From Halocafeteria seosinensis (Eukaryota): a stretch of DNA of 64,000 nucleotides. The notes below the pieces were generated by a model. That model was given only the letters and a program-made list of their open reading frames with translations. It was not told the origin of the DNA and ran no database searches. Shown in pieces: positions 1-10,913 of this stretch (position 1 is its first letter; every line of letters starts with the position of its first letter). The translations under genes were made by a program, and so were the position numbers. The stretch is from assembly GCA_001687465.1 (NCBI GenBank), contig LVLI01000005.1, positions 62,001 through 126,000 of the forward strand, written 5' to 3'.

Positions 1-694
1 GAGGCGGACTCGCAACAAGGAGAAATTGTTTAAGGTAAGACTGACATCGTGAAGCATAACGCTGTGCCCGAAGGATATTATGTCAGCTATCTTAATGAGA
101 ACACAGGGCTCCGTTTTTGTGGAATTCGAGAACAAAGATGACGCTCACAAATTCGTAGAGATGGCGACCTCGGAAGACGGCCTCCAATATGAAGGCAAAA
201 AATTAGAACGTGCCATGATGCAGAAAGACTACCTGGAAATGAAGAAGAAAGAAAGATTAGAGCAAAAAGAAAAAAAGTTGGGTTTTAAACGGGAGATGAT
301 CCCAAATTGTATTTTACGCCTAACCGAGGTAGGATCTGGCGCAACTTGGCAAACGCTTCAGAATACTCTTTCCAAGGTAGGAGATGTTAAATTCAGTGAG
401 CTAGATGAGCAAAACCATACAGCTTATTTGCGCTTTGCGGACGCCAACGAGTGTACGCGTGTGAAGGATGCCCTAGATGCTTCTCGCGAACATCCGGAAG
501 CGGAGGACACGAAATTCTCTGCCACCGATCTTGGAGGTGCTCTACCGAAGGCAGATATCCTCCAGGGAGAGGAAGAAAAGCAATACTGGGAGAAAATTTG
601 GGACAAGCAGTCGGCCCGTGTCCGCGAGAGTAGCAAACGTAAGAAAGGGGATAATCCTGGAGGCAGTAGTGCCAAAAGGGGTAGAAAAAACTAA
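1..694 (+). CDS. SSB: La (lupus autoantigen)-like RNA-binding protein, 5' truncated (end of RRM1 plus C-terminal RRM2)
   Basis: Removing GT-AG intron 35..106 joins RRTRNKEKLFK to GSVFVEF (La RRM1 RNP1-like). A second RRM ends in LQGEEEKQYWEKI, typical of the La-family RRM2 helix, followed by a basic NLS-like tail. Stop at 692-694. Confidence 0.85.
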
Positions 695-778
695 TAATCC
701 ACATGCATCCATTCATGTCACCGTATCCAATGCGCGTCTACTTGCGAGCACAAAGCGGCGTTGATTTGCGTGTAGATA

Positions 779-2323
779 TCAATAAGCTGTCGGTTGAGCG
801 ATTGGCTGTTTCCTTGTCCGGCCGCTATATTGGGCCACCAGGGAGAGGAGAAACCCAACAAATACTAAAGAGCATCCTGCTATCCGCCATTTGGTGAAGG
901 AGACGTCATTGAGTACTAGGTCAATCAATGCGTTTATTGGAATCCCTAGGGCTGTTCCCAGGGATATAAATATCGGATGCACGTACGCAATGCCAAAGTT
1001 GATCAGGAAGTTCGTCAGTAGCGCAAACACGGCAGATAGAGACATTATCAGCCAAGGCAACTTTCCGTAAGAGTAATCCTTTTCAATATCCAGTTCAGCC
1101 GCTCCAACAGAAAGGCCTACACCTATAACGCTGTTGACAAGTCCAAGCGCAGTGAGAAACCAAGAAACCTGCAGTACGTTAGCCCTGCCTAGGGCAAATT
1201 TACTCAGTGTCTTGTAGAGGGCTACAGAGCATGCCGCACCAAGACTTAAGAGGATCGGTTTCCATTCATATTTTTCGCTATCAACTTCCCACGGCGACAA
1301 CACTCCGACTACCCCCGCTAGGGTCACGATAACAGAAACCAGAAACATCACGGGATGTGGAATGCGAGACTTGATTAGTAGCATAGAGAAAAAGTAAACC
1401 CATAACGGACTTGTTGCAAACATCGAAGATGCAACAGTAGCGGATGTTGACCTCAGCGCTGTCGTATATAAAACGTATGTCGTAAACCATAGGACGTAGA
1501 AGGGAACGATGACCAATATCCAGCGAACCCACGGAGAGACTTCCCAGAACCAGGTTTGCTCCTCGAATTGCCCTAGAACAGCGCATTGACAGCACGCACA
1601 TGTTGTTCGAATACCAGCGGACCTTTGAAACAAGAGTGGGGACCGTTCTTTAGACGACGAATTCTGCCTATCCGTGCTGCTGTTTATCCAAGATCCCTGT
1701 AGTACAGCAAGCATCCTTTCTGAGAGAGTACTCGAAGAGCCTCCATCATTCACGCTAGCAAATGAGGTTTCATCCGCTGTGTATCCTAGAGAAGTATAAG
1801 TAGACTCGTTATGATTTGTTCGTTCAAAATAAAACATGGACGAGAGTATGCATGTCGGAATGAGAAGCAAGATATTCCAACTTGTGACGAACCACGCTAT
1901 GATTGTAGCCGGAGCTTCGTCCAAATCTTTATCTCCTGGAAATCTTTCCGATTCTTCGGAAGTCTGCAGAGAAAAAAAAATGACATCAATGATCATCTGA
2001 TATAATACGTGTGGTTCACTGTGTTTCCATCTCACCTGGAGGAGTTGTGTACTTGCCGCCCACGAGCATCCGATTGCAACTACAATGAATCCCTGAGCAA
2101 AGAGTTTGCCACATGATCTGGCATCATCTGGCAAGTATTTTTTAGTCTTCTGTGAACTCATTTCGTTATGAGGCGTCTTTGGCATTCGTCGGGAAGCATA
2201 CTGGGAATGCTGACCAAAGTCCTCCTCCTCGACTTCAAGTTTCTGCGTCGACCAAAACCCAGCATTGTCCTCATCGAACGCGTTTATGGAAGACTCACGC
2301 CTAAGGCCATTTTTGGATTCCAT
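779..2323 (-). CDS. EamA/DMT-superfamily (SLC35F-like) multi-pass transporter
   Basis: About 10 hydrophobic segments; motifs YTTALRSTSATVASSMFATSPLWVYFFSMLL and PIFISLGTALGIPINALID resemble SLC35F members. Probable in-frame 72-nt intron at 1964..2035. Confidence 0.8.
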   Translation of the reverse strand: MESKNGLRRESSINAFDEDNAGFWSTQKLEVEEEDFGQHSQYASRRMPKTPHNEMSSQKTKKYLPDDARSCGKLFAQGFIVVAIGCSWAASTQLLQVRWKHSEPHVLYQMIIDVIFFSLQTSEESERFPGDKDLDEAPATIIAWFVTSWNILLLIPTCILSSMFYFERTNHNESTYTSLGYTADETSFASVNDGGSSSTLSERMLAVLQGSWINSSTDRQNSSSKERSPLLFQRSAGIRTTCACCQCAVLGQFEEQTWFWEVSPWVRWILVIVPFYVLWFTTYVLYTTALRSTSATVASSMFATSPLWVYFFSMLLIKSRIPHPVMFLVSVIVTLAGVVGVLSPWEVDSEKYEWKPILLSLGAACSVALYKTLSKFALGRANVLQVSWFLTALGLVNSVIGVGLSVGAAELDIEKDYSYGKLPWLIMSLSAVFALLTNFLINFGIAYVHPIFISLGTALGIPINALIDLVLNDVSFTKWRIAGCSLVFVGFLLSLVAQYSGRTRKQPIAQPTAY

Positions 2324-2878
2324 CTTTGGCGTTTTGTTGTAGTCTTGTCGCGGCGGGGCTGCAGCATTACGGAGCCTCCGGCCTCACAAAACAAACGCAC
2401 ACGAGCTGCCACAATCTCCATAAGGAAAACGTTAAAAAAATGCAAAGTTTACTTCATCGTTACACAGCAAGATGACTATTCAAGAACGAGCATGCTCCAC
2501 ACGGACAACACGAATTCTTATGTGTATAACCCCGACAAAGTTACGCGCTGTGGACTACTTCACAGAAATAGGAGCTTCGCCAGGTGTACTCAACTTCGCA
2601 GTGCCAAGTTGCAATGCATTAGCGTTGCGGCATAACTCTTGGATTACGGTATTTAATCAGTACGAAGTGAGTGTTGCAAGTGGGTATTTAGTACTTTCTA
2701 GAGCATGTGGAACATTGACTCGTTGCTTGGTTTCAACTTTTCTGGAGGGTGTGCAGCTTCTACTGTGTTCAGCGAGAGCAGGGAGACAAACGGGATGACC
2801 CTATTCGTAAAGCAGTTATTTTATGATTACACTTCAAAGAAGGAATCCGAGCATTCGAAGGGAAAATTCCACTCCATA

Positions 2879-4302
2879 CTATTGACCTGCTCGCTGCTGA
2901 GAGATAGTGCGTTTCACGTGTCGCTGTTCTGCTGAACGTCCTGCCCATGAAATTAAAGGTCTTGTAACTAACGCCAGTACAGCTAAGTATAAAAAGTATG
3001 ATAGACTTCGCAAACACGAATCTGCCTGTTCCCGCTGGTCCTCTGAGCACGTGATGGATAAATAGGAATCTTGATCATTCCCGAATATTAAAGTACCAAA
3101 TCCAAAAGGCGCTGAAGATCTCCAAGCTGCTGTAGACCCACACTTCAATTCGGTCGAGAGCTCACACAAACCCGGAGGAGTTATCCCAAATAGAAGAATG
3201 GTTATGTAGATAATGACCGATACCACCCCAACGTACTTCAGCGCGCCATGTATCATGGAAAATCGTTGTTGCTCCGGTATTTGGTTCAGTTGCGCTGACG
3301 AAATTGGAATGGAACGATAAACGCATAATTTAGCCTTAGTCTTTGATAAATTTCGTTGTGAGAGCATCGATATCGGGAATAGTCCTACAGAAGCTTGCTC
3401 GGAGGTCTGTGACGAAACAGCATGCTCTAGCAATGGAAGAGCCTTCTGGTCTGAACGACGATCACAGCTATTTGCAGATGGACACGAAACGACAAGGTGC
3501 CATGTACTGCCATAAAATGTAGTCAATATGGTTTTGACTCGGCCAGCAACGATTTGAGCCCGGGATAAGCTGTCGTCTTCGTTCGAATCTTTGACGGTGA
3601 CCTGAGCAAAACCATCATCTGTCTCGAGCCGTGCAATTGCAAACACAGTCTTGGTTATTGTACGCATCTGCTCGTTCATCTCGCTGTCATCAATTTCTAC
3701 AGAATTAAATATTGTATCGAAATCCTGATTGTTGACCGTCAACATTCGGGGTTCATGTGTACCTTCCGGAAGACGTTGATCCTGTGTGCAGTACCCCAAT
3801 GCCAGTAAAGCGTCGCCCCACGTAGTGCCCTGGAAGTTTGAGGATTTTTCGGAGGGATGCTGTGTTTCTGAATCCTCACAATTTCTCCACACGATCAACG
3901 ATAGCGCGTCGGAGGCTGTGTTCGGCTCCGACTCGGAGGTGAATGTCACCTGGAAGAGGGCATAGCTATGCGGCTGGTATCGTGCTTGCATGGCAAGGCG
4001 CCTCGCGAGGAACACGTTCCACCCAGGACCATACTGCAAACATCATTACACATCTCATGCGAGTCTCACTGCGGTACCTTGTGAATGTCACATACCGTTC
4101 GTGTCAGAAGTTGCCGAAACGAAACCACCAAGTGACGAGTACTGGTCGCATGGGGAAGCACAGCCTCCATTGCAGACTTCACGGCTGTGCGCATTAGTCT
4201 GGACATATCAGAGCGAGCCAACGTGGCGGTCGCGAGACTGCCAAACGTTGACGCATCGTTCTCTTTATTTTGCTGCTTGCGTTTTCTATTTTTCGCCGGC
4301 AT
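2879..4302 (-). CDS. Protein with two dynein light chain (LC8-type)-like domains and two C-terminal transmembrane helices
   Basis: Exons 4302..4096 and 4033..2879 (62-nt intron 4034..4095, GTATGT...TTGCAG, phase 0) give SDMSRLMR...LLTRT|YGPGWNVFLA. Second copy is DSEMNEQMR...VKTILTTFYGSTWHLVV. Both resemble LC8 ADMSEEMQ...IKKEFDKKYNPTWHCIVG. Hydrophobic helices YVGVVSVIIYITILLFGI and LSYFLYLAVLALVTRPLI. Confidence 0.6.
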
Positions 4303-4690
4303 TCTTCCCACTGTACACAGTGCTTCTACAAATGAAACAACTCTACTAAGAACGGTGGTTGGTCGGCAACATCGACAATTCTACGAAGGACAAGTGGCTG
4401 ACACCAGAACCCTGATTCCTGGTTACCTTCACAGACTGTTGACGAGAAGCGCGAAGATGGTAGAGTGACCCGGTATGCAACCCCGGCATCGCGGACGGAA
4501 TCTCTTAGCAGAAAACGCTGAACACGAAAATGCACACACAAGAACAACAAAGTATAAAAATAAAGAAGGCTACAAATGTTACAAGTTGTATATTCCCTCA
4601 AACAAATCTAGAAGCTGGGGCGAAAGTCTTCAGTACGAATTGCGGGAACTACGTCTCACATTATGTCTTGATGCACTACTCTGTAGCCTT

Positions 4691-7600
4691 TCACCGAGTT
4701 GTTGTCTGCAGTGGTTTAGGAGTAAAATGGTAACTGTACGCATTCCGAATTTGCTCCAGGAGCTTCAGTATTACGGCCGTGTTACCAGAATGGATCTCAT
4801 TATCCGACCATAGGTAGTCCAGCGGCATTCGTTTGTTCTGACGAAGTACTCCCAGAACTCGATTGATGTTCTGTAACTTTGCGGCAGTGGTACGAGGATT
4901 CTTTGTGAGTCCCCTTATACCACCCTTCATCCTCTCACAGGATTCTACAATATGCGCCAAGAGCAGCCCGTCGGAGAACTCTCCAGGAATGGAATCGGGC
5001 CAAGAGTCAGTGGAAATACCGTTTTTCCTAAGCCACATTTGAAGCTCTGCTATAGCATTCATGTCCAATGGCAAATCCTCAATAGAAACTTGCTCATCAT
5101 CTTGCTGCTGTTGGTCGCCGCCATCTCGCCTCTCGGTTTCATCCTCCTCGTTTTCAGAAGTGTCAAGCTCAGCTGGCTCCGCTACCTGCCCGTAGTTGCT
5201 GATACTACCAAAACCACCTAGCCGTGGTTGTTCATTCTGAGTTATGCTATGATTAGCTACGGGGGCCTGGACCTGGGGCTGAGCGAGAAAGGCCTTCCTC
5301 CGTGCAACTCTCCTTTTCAGTGAAAACCACCGAGAATCGTCGCTCTTATTCACGCCCACTGAGTGCGCCATGCTTTGGACAGAGAATCCATTTACTATCT
5401 TGAAGAGGGTTGCTAGCAACGCGCAAACGTATTCCATACTGGGGAAATTAATAAATCGTACCGCCCGCTCATGAAGCGCGTTCCGTTCCTTTTGACTAAT
5501 TATACCCTCGTCAGCAGCTCGATTGATCAAAGTACTGAGCCTCAATGATTCGCTGAACTCGTGGTGATCAAGGTACCTATCTATACCAGACACAAACGTC
5601 CGCGCCGTTGATTGCGACGCTAACTTCGCTAGCGCAGTCTGAATACATTGCTCTAACAGTGGAGACTCGTTCACCACTTTTTGGAGTATATCATGGGGCT
5701 TGTCTTCTTCCGAAAACTGATCAGAAAACTGCCTCAACCAGTTTGATAACGTAACAACAGTTTCGTCGTCCTGTGCTTGGATTCCCTCAACAGCTTGCCC
5801 TTCCCTAGATGGTATTTCGGTTCTATCTTCTAGCATTTGGTATTGACCCACACTAGGCCATGTTTCGCTCAAGCCAACCAAAACTAGCCAAAGCGCCGTA
5901 TTATTTCCTCTCAGGATATTCTCTCCCACATTAGCCTCTATTCCTCTCTGAAGTGTCGATATACGATCTATGTCGAAACCACAGAGCGGGTATTCGGTAC
6001 CAGCATAGAGGGACTTAGAAAACAGAAGCAATTCTCGGCATCGCCTCAATGCAAAGCAAACATTTGCTCGCGCGGTAGATACACTCTTAGGGCGCTTAAA
6101 ATATTTCACTTTCCTTTGGAAATAATGAGCGGCGTCTCCAATGGTTCGAGCACTTAAGCCATGGTCACAGGTTTCTCTTGGAAGCAAGTGATCCCTTGAG
6201 TTGGAAAGAATGTGAGGAGGCATGTTCGCGATTGCTTGTTGAGAAAACCTCGTCACGATGAATGCAAGCAGTTCACCATTAAAAGCACGGTTGTCTAGCA
6301 GCGAAAGCTCTTTGTTCATATCCTCAAGGTGATAAGAAGCACTGTTCGTATCTATGCCCAGACCTTGAAGCCACGCGTACACCTGCTCCTTTGAATTTTC
6401 CGTTGGAGAATCAAAGTCCACAGCCGTGCAATCGCAAGCAGGCTTTGTCAAGGCCTCCAAGCGAATAAACTTGCTTTCCTGAGATTCGATGTCCTTTTGT
6501 TCACCATGCCCCCTTCTAGAGGAGCCTTGGGGGCTCTTAGATCGCTCAGGAGAGAAAATCTTAGTAAACTTCTCCTTTCTGGAATACACAGCTATGCTGT
6601 GCATGATGTCCATTATGAGCTCCCAAGCGATCCGGTTGTCTGCGCCGACAATATGCTTCGCAGACTGTTCATCTATGTGGCGAATTCGAAGGGTCTCTCC
6701 ACTAATCGTTGTCAAAGATTTTAGAACCTCAAAACAATCAAGTACGTTCTGCTCCCAGGTACGTAAAACGGCAGCATGTTTGGGCGAGCTCGACGACAGT
6801 ACTTTCGTGCGCTGGAGCAAAATTACGTCACATAGTTTAATGTAGCCAATTCTACCCTTCAAGTGTTTCCAGAACTTTTTCTCTTCAAAATATCGCCTCA
6901 TTGATTGCTTAGATACATTTCTAGTCTGTCTTGGATATCCGCTCAGAGATGCTAGGAGAGCTGAAAGCTGAGAGAGAAGTACACCATCTCTCATCAATTG
7001 ACCGAGATGCCCTTCCCAACGAGAGGTTGTTTCATTCGCTTCGGGTCGATTTGGATAAGTCGCATCTGCAGCCTTTCCAAGTTCCTTGATAGAGATTCCA
7101 CCAAATACACCAAGTTGCAGCAGCCAATCAGAAAGGAATTCACAGGCTCCCTCTCTGAACGGATATTCCATTGAGGCACTCTTTCGATGAGAGGAGCTCT
7201 TTGTTGGACTCGCATTGCCTTTTGTTGATCTCCCCAAACTTTGGTGAGGTACGCTGTGGCTTAAGGCGCTGGCTTGTGTTTCTTGAACATTTCTTTGCGC
7301 ATGCTCTTGCTGATGCTCGAATTGCTGCCGCAGGAGGTGAGAGTGGGCAACAGTACCTTCATAATCCGGATCGTATAAGTCACCAATCATGAAACCCCTA
7401 GAAGGTTGAGAAGGAGGAGTAGGAGGCCGGAAGTACTTCATAGGCTTCTCTTGTGATTTTGCTCGTCCTGATTTTGCAGAAGTGCTTCGTGGTCTTTGGT
7501 CACGTCTGTAATTTGCCTCTCGGTTTCTGCTGTTATTTTTCATGGTGGTTGTATGTTCACGAGACGTCTTCCTCCCGGCATTTTTCACACTTTTTTTAGA

Positions 7601-8388
7601 CGTTGTTCTTCCTCTAGGGCGAGCGGGAATCTGGGACGAAACAGCGGCGCGGGAGTCTTCCCCATTTTGACTACTACTGACGGCACCTGCCGGATGGCCG
7701 TTCCCGGAGCGTTGGGGAGACTCCCGTTTCCGAGTGGAACGAATACTGACAGCATTTCTCTGTTGTGTGCTGCTTAAAGGCTTGCTGGGCTTGCGTTGAA
7801 GGGAGTCAAGGACATCTTTCAAAAACCCAATCAGAGAACATATTGTGAATCGATCCCCAACCTTGATGAGTTCCACGCTGAAGTTGGATTGCAATGTTAC
7901 TGGCAGGTTGCTTGTCCCGAACGCTTCCGAGAGCCACTGTGGACAAATCGGGGGGAATGGTGGACGTAAGGTAGGATGCAAATCGAAATCGCATCACGCA
8001 CTATCCACAAGTCGTCGCATTAACTTACCTGAATGCAGGACGGTAGATCGTAAGGGTTCGACAAAGAGTGCCCAATCGGATGCCCTATCGAAGATGCATA
8101 GCGCTGCTAACCTCAAACAAAGCATACGTGTATGTTTCTCTAGCAACATAAATAAATATAGGACATGCAATGCTCTGGCAAACGTACAATCACGTATTGA
8201 GTGAGTTCTGTGATGACTTGGCCGTCCGCCAGATCTGTCCATGAAGACACCAGGAGAGCCGACGGTACTTCTTCCCCCAGTGTATTTAGCCAATATATCA
8301 ACCCCTGCATATCGAGGGAAGGCGATTCCACAAAATAGGCTTCCAGCGCGTGCATTAAGAAGTCTGTGCTACTAACCTGTTCGTCCAT
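4691..8388 (-). CDS. Large protein with several calponin-homology (CH)-like domains, probably cytoskeletal
   Basis: Clear C-terminal CH (ELQMWLRK...FSDGLLLAHIVE...AAKLQNINRVLGVLR...IHSGNTAVILKLLEQI). An N-terminal CH starts in exon 8388..~8190 (LIYWLNTL...WTDLADG). Intron 7937..8028 is plausible; the other 5' exon boundaries are uncertain. Confidence 0.65.
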
Positions 8389-9776
8389 AGCGCTGGAAGA
8401 GGCTCTTCAGGAGTTAACGAACGACCACTTCAGTCCGACTCGAGTCATTTTCGGTTCGATTACTCTCCACTACAGGGTAATACCTATGTTATAAACCGTA
8501 TTCAACATTAATAACACCACACTGGCGTGCTTTGTGGGAAGTGGAATCCTGCGCGCATATCTTCATTTCGCTTGTGAAAGTCGCAGCCGTTAAGTTACCA
8601 CTAACTTACCAGCGCGCGGACTGGAGTGACTGGAGTGACTGGACAGCTCAGCTGTCACAGCTGGCCCGTGGAAATTCCTGTGGGATATAAACGTTTTCAG
8701 ATGAGTACACGCTAGTGGTGTGGATTAATCGCTACATGCAGTGGCCTTCAGACGCGAAGAAAAATTGGAAAGTACTATTGTAATAGCTTCGTTTTGACAC
8801 GAATTCCAATCTGAATTCTGGTTTGTTGTCACACAGTTTCACAGTATCGATTCTCACCCAGCGATTTGACACAGTGCCATTTTTTTAGACTCGTGAGGAA
8901 GCGAAAAATTCCCATTAAACTCTTAATCTCTGAAGTATCTTAATGAGATTATAATCACCATGTTCCTCCCAACAGTCCCCTCGGCTGGCTGGGATTTCCT
9001 GGATCATTTCCATGCCGCAGAATCCCAAACAGCCAAAACGCAAAGAGAGGAGAAACAGAAAAATATACGATGAAGAGATCATTTCGACAATTGATGTTTC
9101 CATTTCATTTACACTCATCATTTGAACAAGTTGTTCTTGAGGAAACCGTCTCGTCATTGGCATGGTGTGACTAATATTACAAACGAGCCGGCATAGACCC
9201 CGACTTTGGTTGGAAAGGGCTTCAACAAGTAGCAAGAAACGAATACTGCGGCCAGTTGCCGGTGGCGGCTCCGTTGGCCAGTCTGAGTCAGTTAGATTTA
9301 CACAGTTACCACTGGTACTACTGTTTGGTACAGTGTGGCTGCTAGCCGAGCAGGATATCTGCGATTCCATCCATTGAATCCTCTCTGCCTGTGTGTTGTC
9401 GTCGGACAGTGTGGACAGTTCATTGCCTGGCTGTTCTCCGTATCTATCAGCACTGCCTTTTTCCCAGATTTTTGGTCTTGGTTTACCAACCAGCAGAAGT
9501 CAACTGGGCACCAGAGGGTTTCCTGTGCTTGCGTGAAGACACGATTGAATCGAAGCAAACTCGCGCTCACTTCCGCGGTCGAAGAATCATCAAGAATTAT
9601 GACTGCTTGACTCGGCGAGCACACTCCCTTGGAACTCACACAGGATAGGCAATAGTCACCTTGTCGAGAATTAAGGACGACTTGGCCTCAGATCATATGT
9701 CATTAGTCGACGATGCATTCTGGACACCAGAGGATCGTTTAGCTACAACCGAAATAGGTAATCCTTTTCGATATCA

Positions 9777-10496
9777 CTAGATCTGCTTCGCTCCTTCTTT
9801 CGAAGGGCCTTCGAGTTCAAAGTATTCTCTCTTCCCCTCAATATCGAGATCTGGGAGAATGCGGAAATCACTTGAACATACTTCAGGAGAGGCACCAATA
9901 GGTTTGCTCACCTTTTACATCCTCCATCATTTTTGTGCACACTAGGTATAGAAGCCACTTGTTGTCCAAGTAATTGGCCGCCTGAATTCGCAGGTTAGCA
10001 CAACTGCATACTCACCAGGTAGTTCAGCACAAGTCGGTGACTTACCAATTGCAGATCGAAAAGGGTGTGCTTGTCGACATTGAGGAACTCATTGTCCCAA
10101 CGATTATTTGCAAATTTATTTCCCTCGTCCTGAGTACGAAAACATAGAAGAATAGACAATGTGCAGCTATCTGACTAGGAGTTCTGGCCGACTTACGTCA
10201 GTGAGGAAGGATACGGGTTCTGATGAATGATACTTGCACCAATCTACAACTTTTCTCAAAATATTGTCAGATAACTCTGGAAGAGGAACGACCGACTTCG
10301 TGTCTAAACTCTTATTGGCCGATGGACTCTCGCAGGTCTCCTCTTCCGCTCCACTACTGTCCTCCTCATCGTCGAGCATCATCTCCAGCAGTCCATTCAT
10401 GAGGGCTGCTTCACGAGAGATCTCATAGACAGATCCTTCCCGCGATTGTAGGTACAGGATAGACTGTCCCATCTGCTTCGTTTCTTCTTTCTCCAT
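9777..10496 (-). CDS. SKP1: SKP1-like protein (divergent), 4 exons
   Basis: Introns 10130..10196, 9982..10045 and 9851..9911 (all GT-AG) give LQSREGSVYEISREAA...VPLPELSDNILRKVVDWCKYH...WDNEFLNVDKHTLFDLQL|AANYLDNKWLLYLVCTKMMEDVK|DLDIEGKREYFEL..., i.e. the SKP1 POZ plus C-terminal domain. Stop at 9777-9779. Confidence 0.85.
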
Positions 10497-10591
10497 TTTT
10501 TGTGTGTAATATCTCAACCAATGGCTTGTTCCGATTCTGGGTTCACAGCTGTCAACACCACGTTTTTACATCTTTAACTTCAAACACCCAG

Positions 10592-10640
10592 TCATTCAAT
10601 TTGGATAGCACGTCTTCATTCAAGTTGGATAGCACGTTTT
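10592..10640. repeat. 24-bp tandem duplication in the divergent intergenic region
   Basis: tcattcaatttggatagcacgtct followed by tcattcaagttggatagcacgttt. Confidence 0.85.
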
Positions 10641-10913
10641 CAAATGCTCCACAATGCATGCATCCATATTGAACTATGTCAATAAGAGCTGGGTGTCGAA
10701 AAGATCACAGTGTAAGTTCACAATCTACAGAGTGTGTGAAGTTGGCGCGAGAAGCAAGCGCAGACTGCGCAGTCGCAAATCAGAGCCTTCAAGGATGATG
10801 GTATACAGCACACTGCTTTTTTTTTTTTTCCTGCTGGTATGGTATGACTCCTCAAGACACGGTGGACGCCGGAGCACAGGTTTCTTCACGATGTTGCCTT
10901 CTTCAACGCAATA

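Noticed and set aside
8618..8643. Short 9-bp tandem repeat (gactggagt); also a TA microsatellite near 17692
   Set aside because: Ordinary slippage-scale repeats.
8490..9650. Possible extra gene (ORFs 8915..9370 and 9298..9639, CPHC motif, splice-like sites near 8550-8610)
   Set aside because: No recognisable domain and no consistent exon chain; left unannotated, though a gene or pseudogene cannot be excluded.
9982..10015. Second donor-like site (GTGAGT) inside SKP1 intron 2
   Set aside because: Its use would leave a 34-nt intron, far below the ~60-nt minimum seen in this window.
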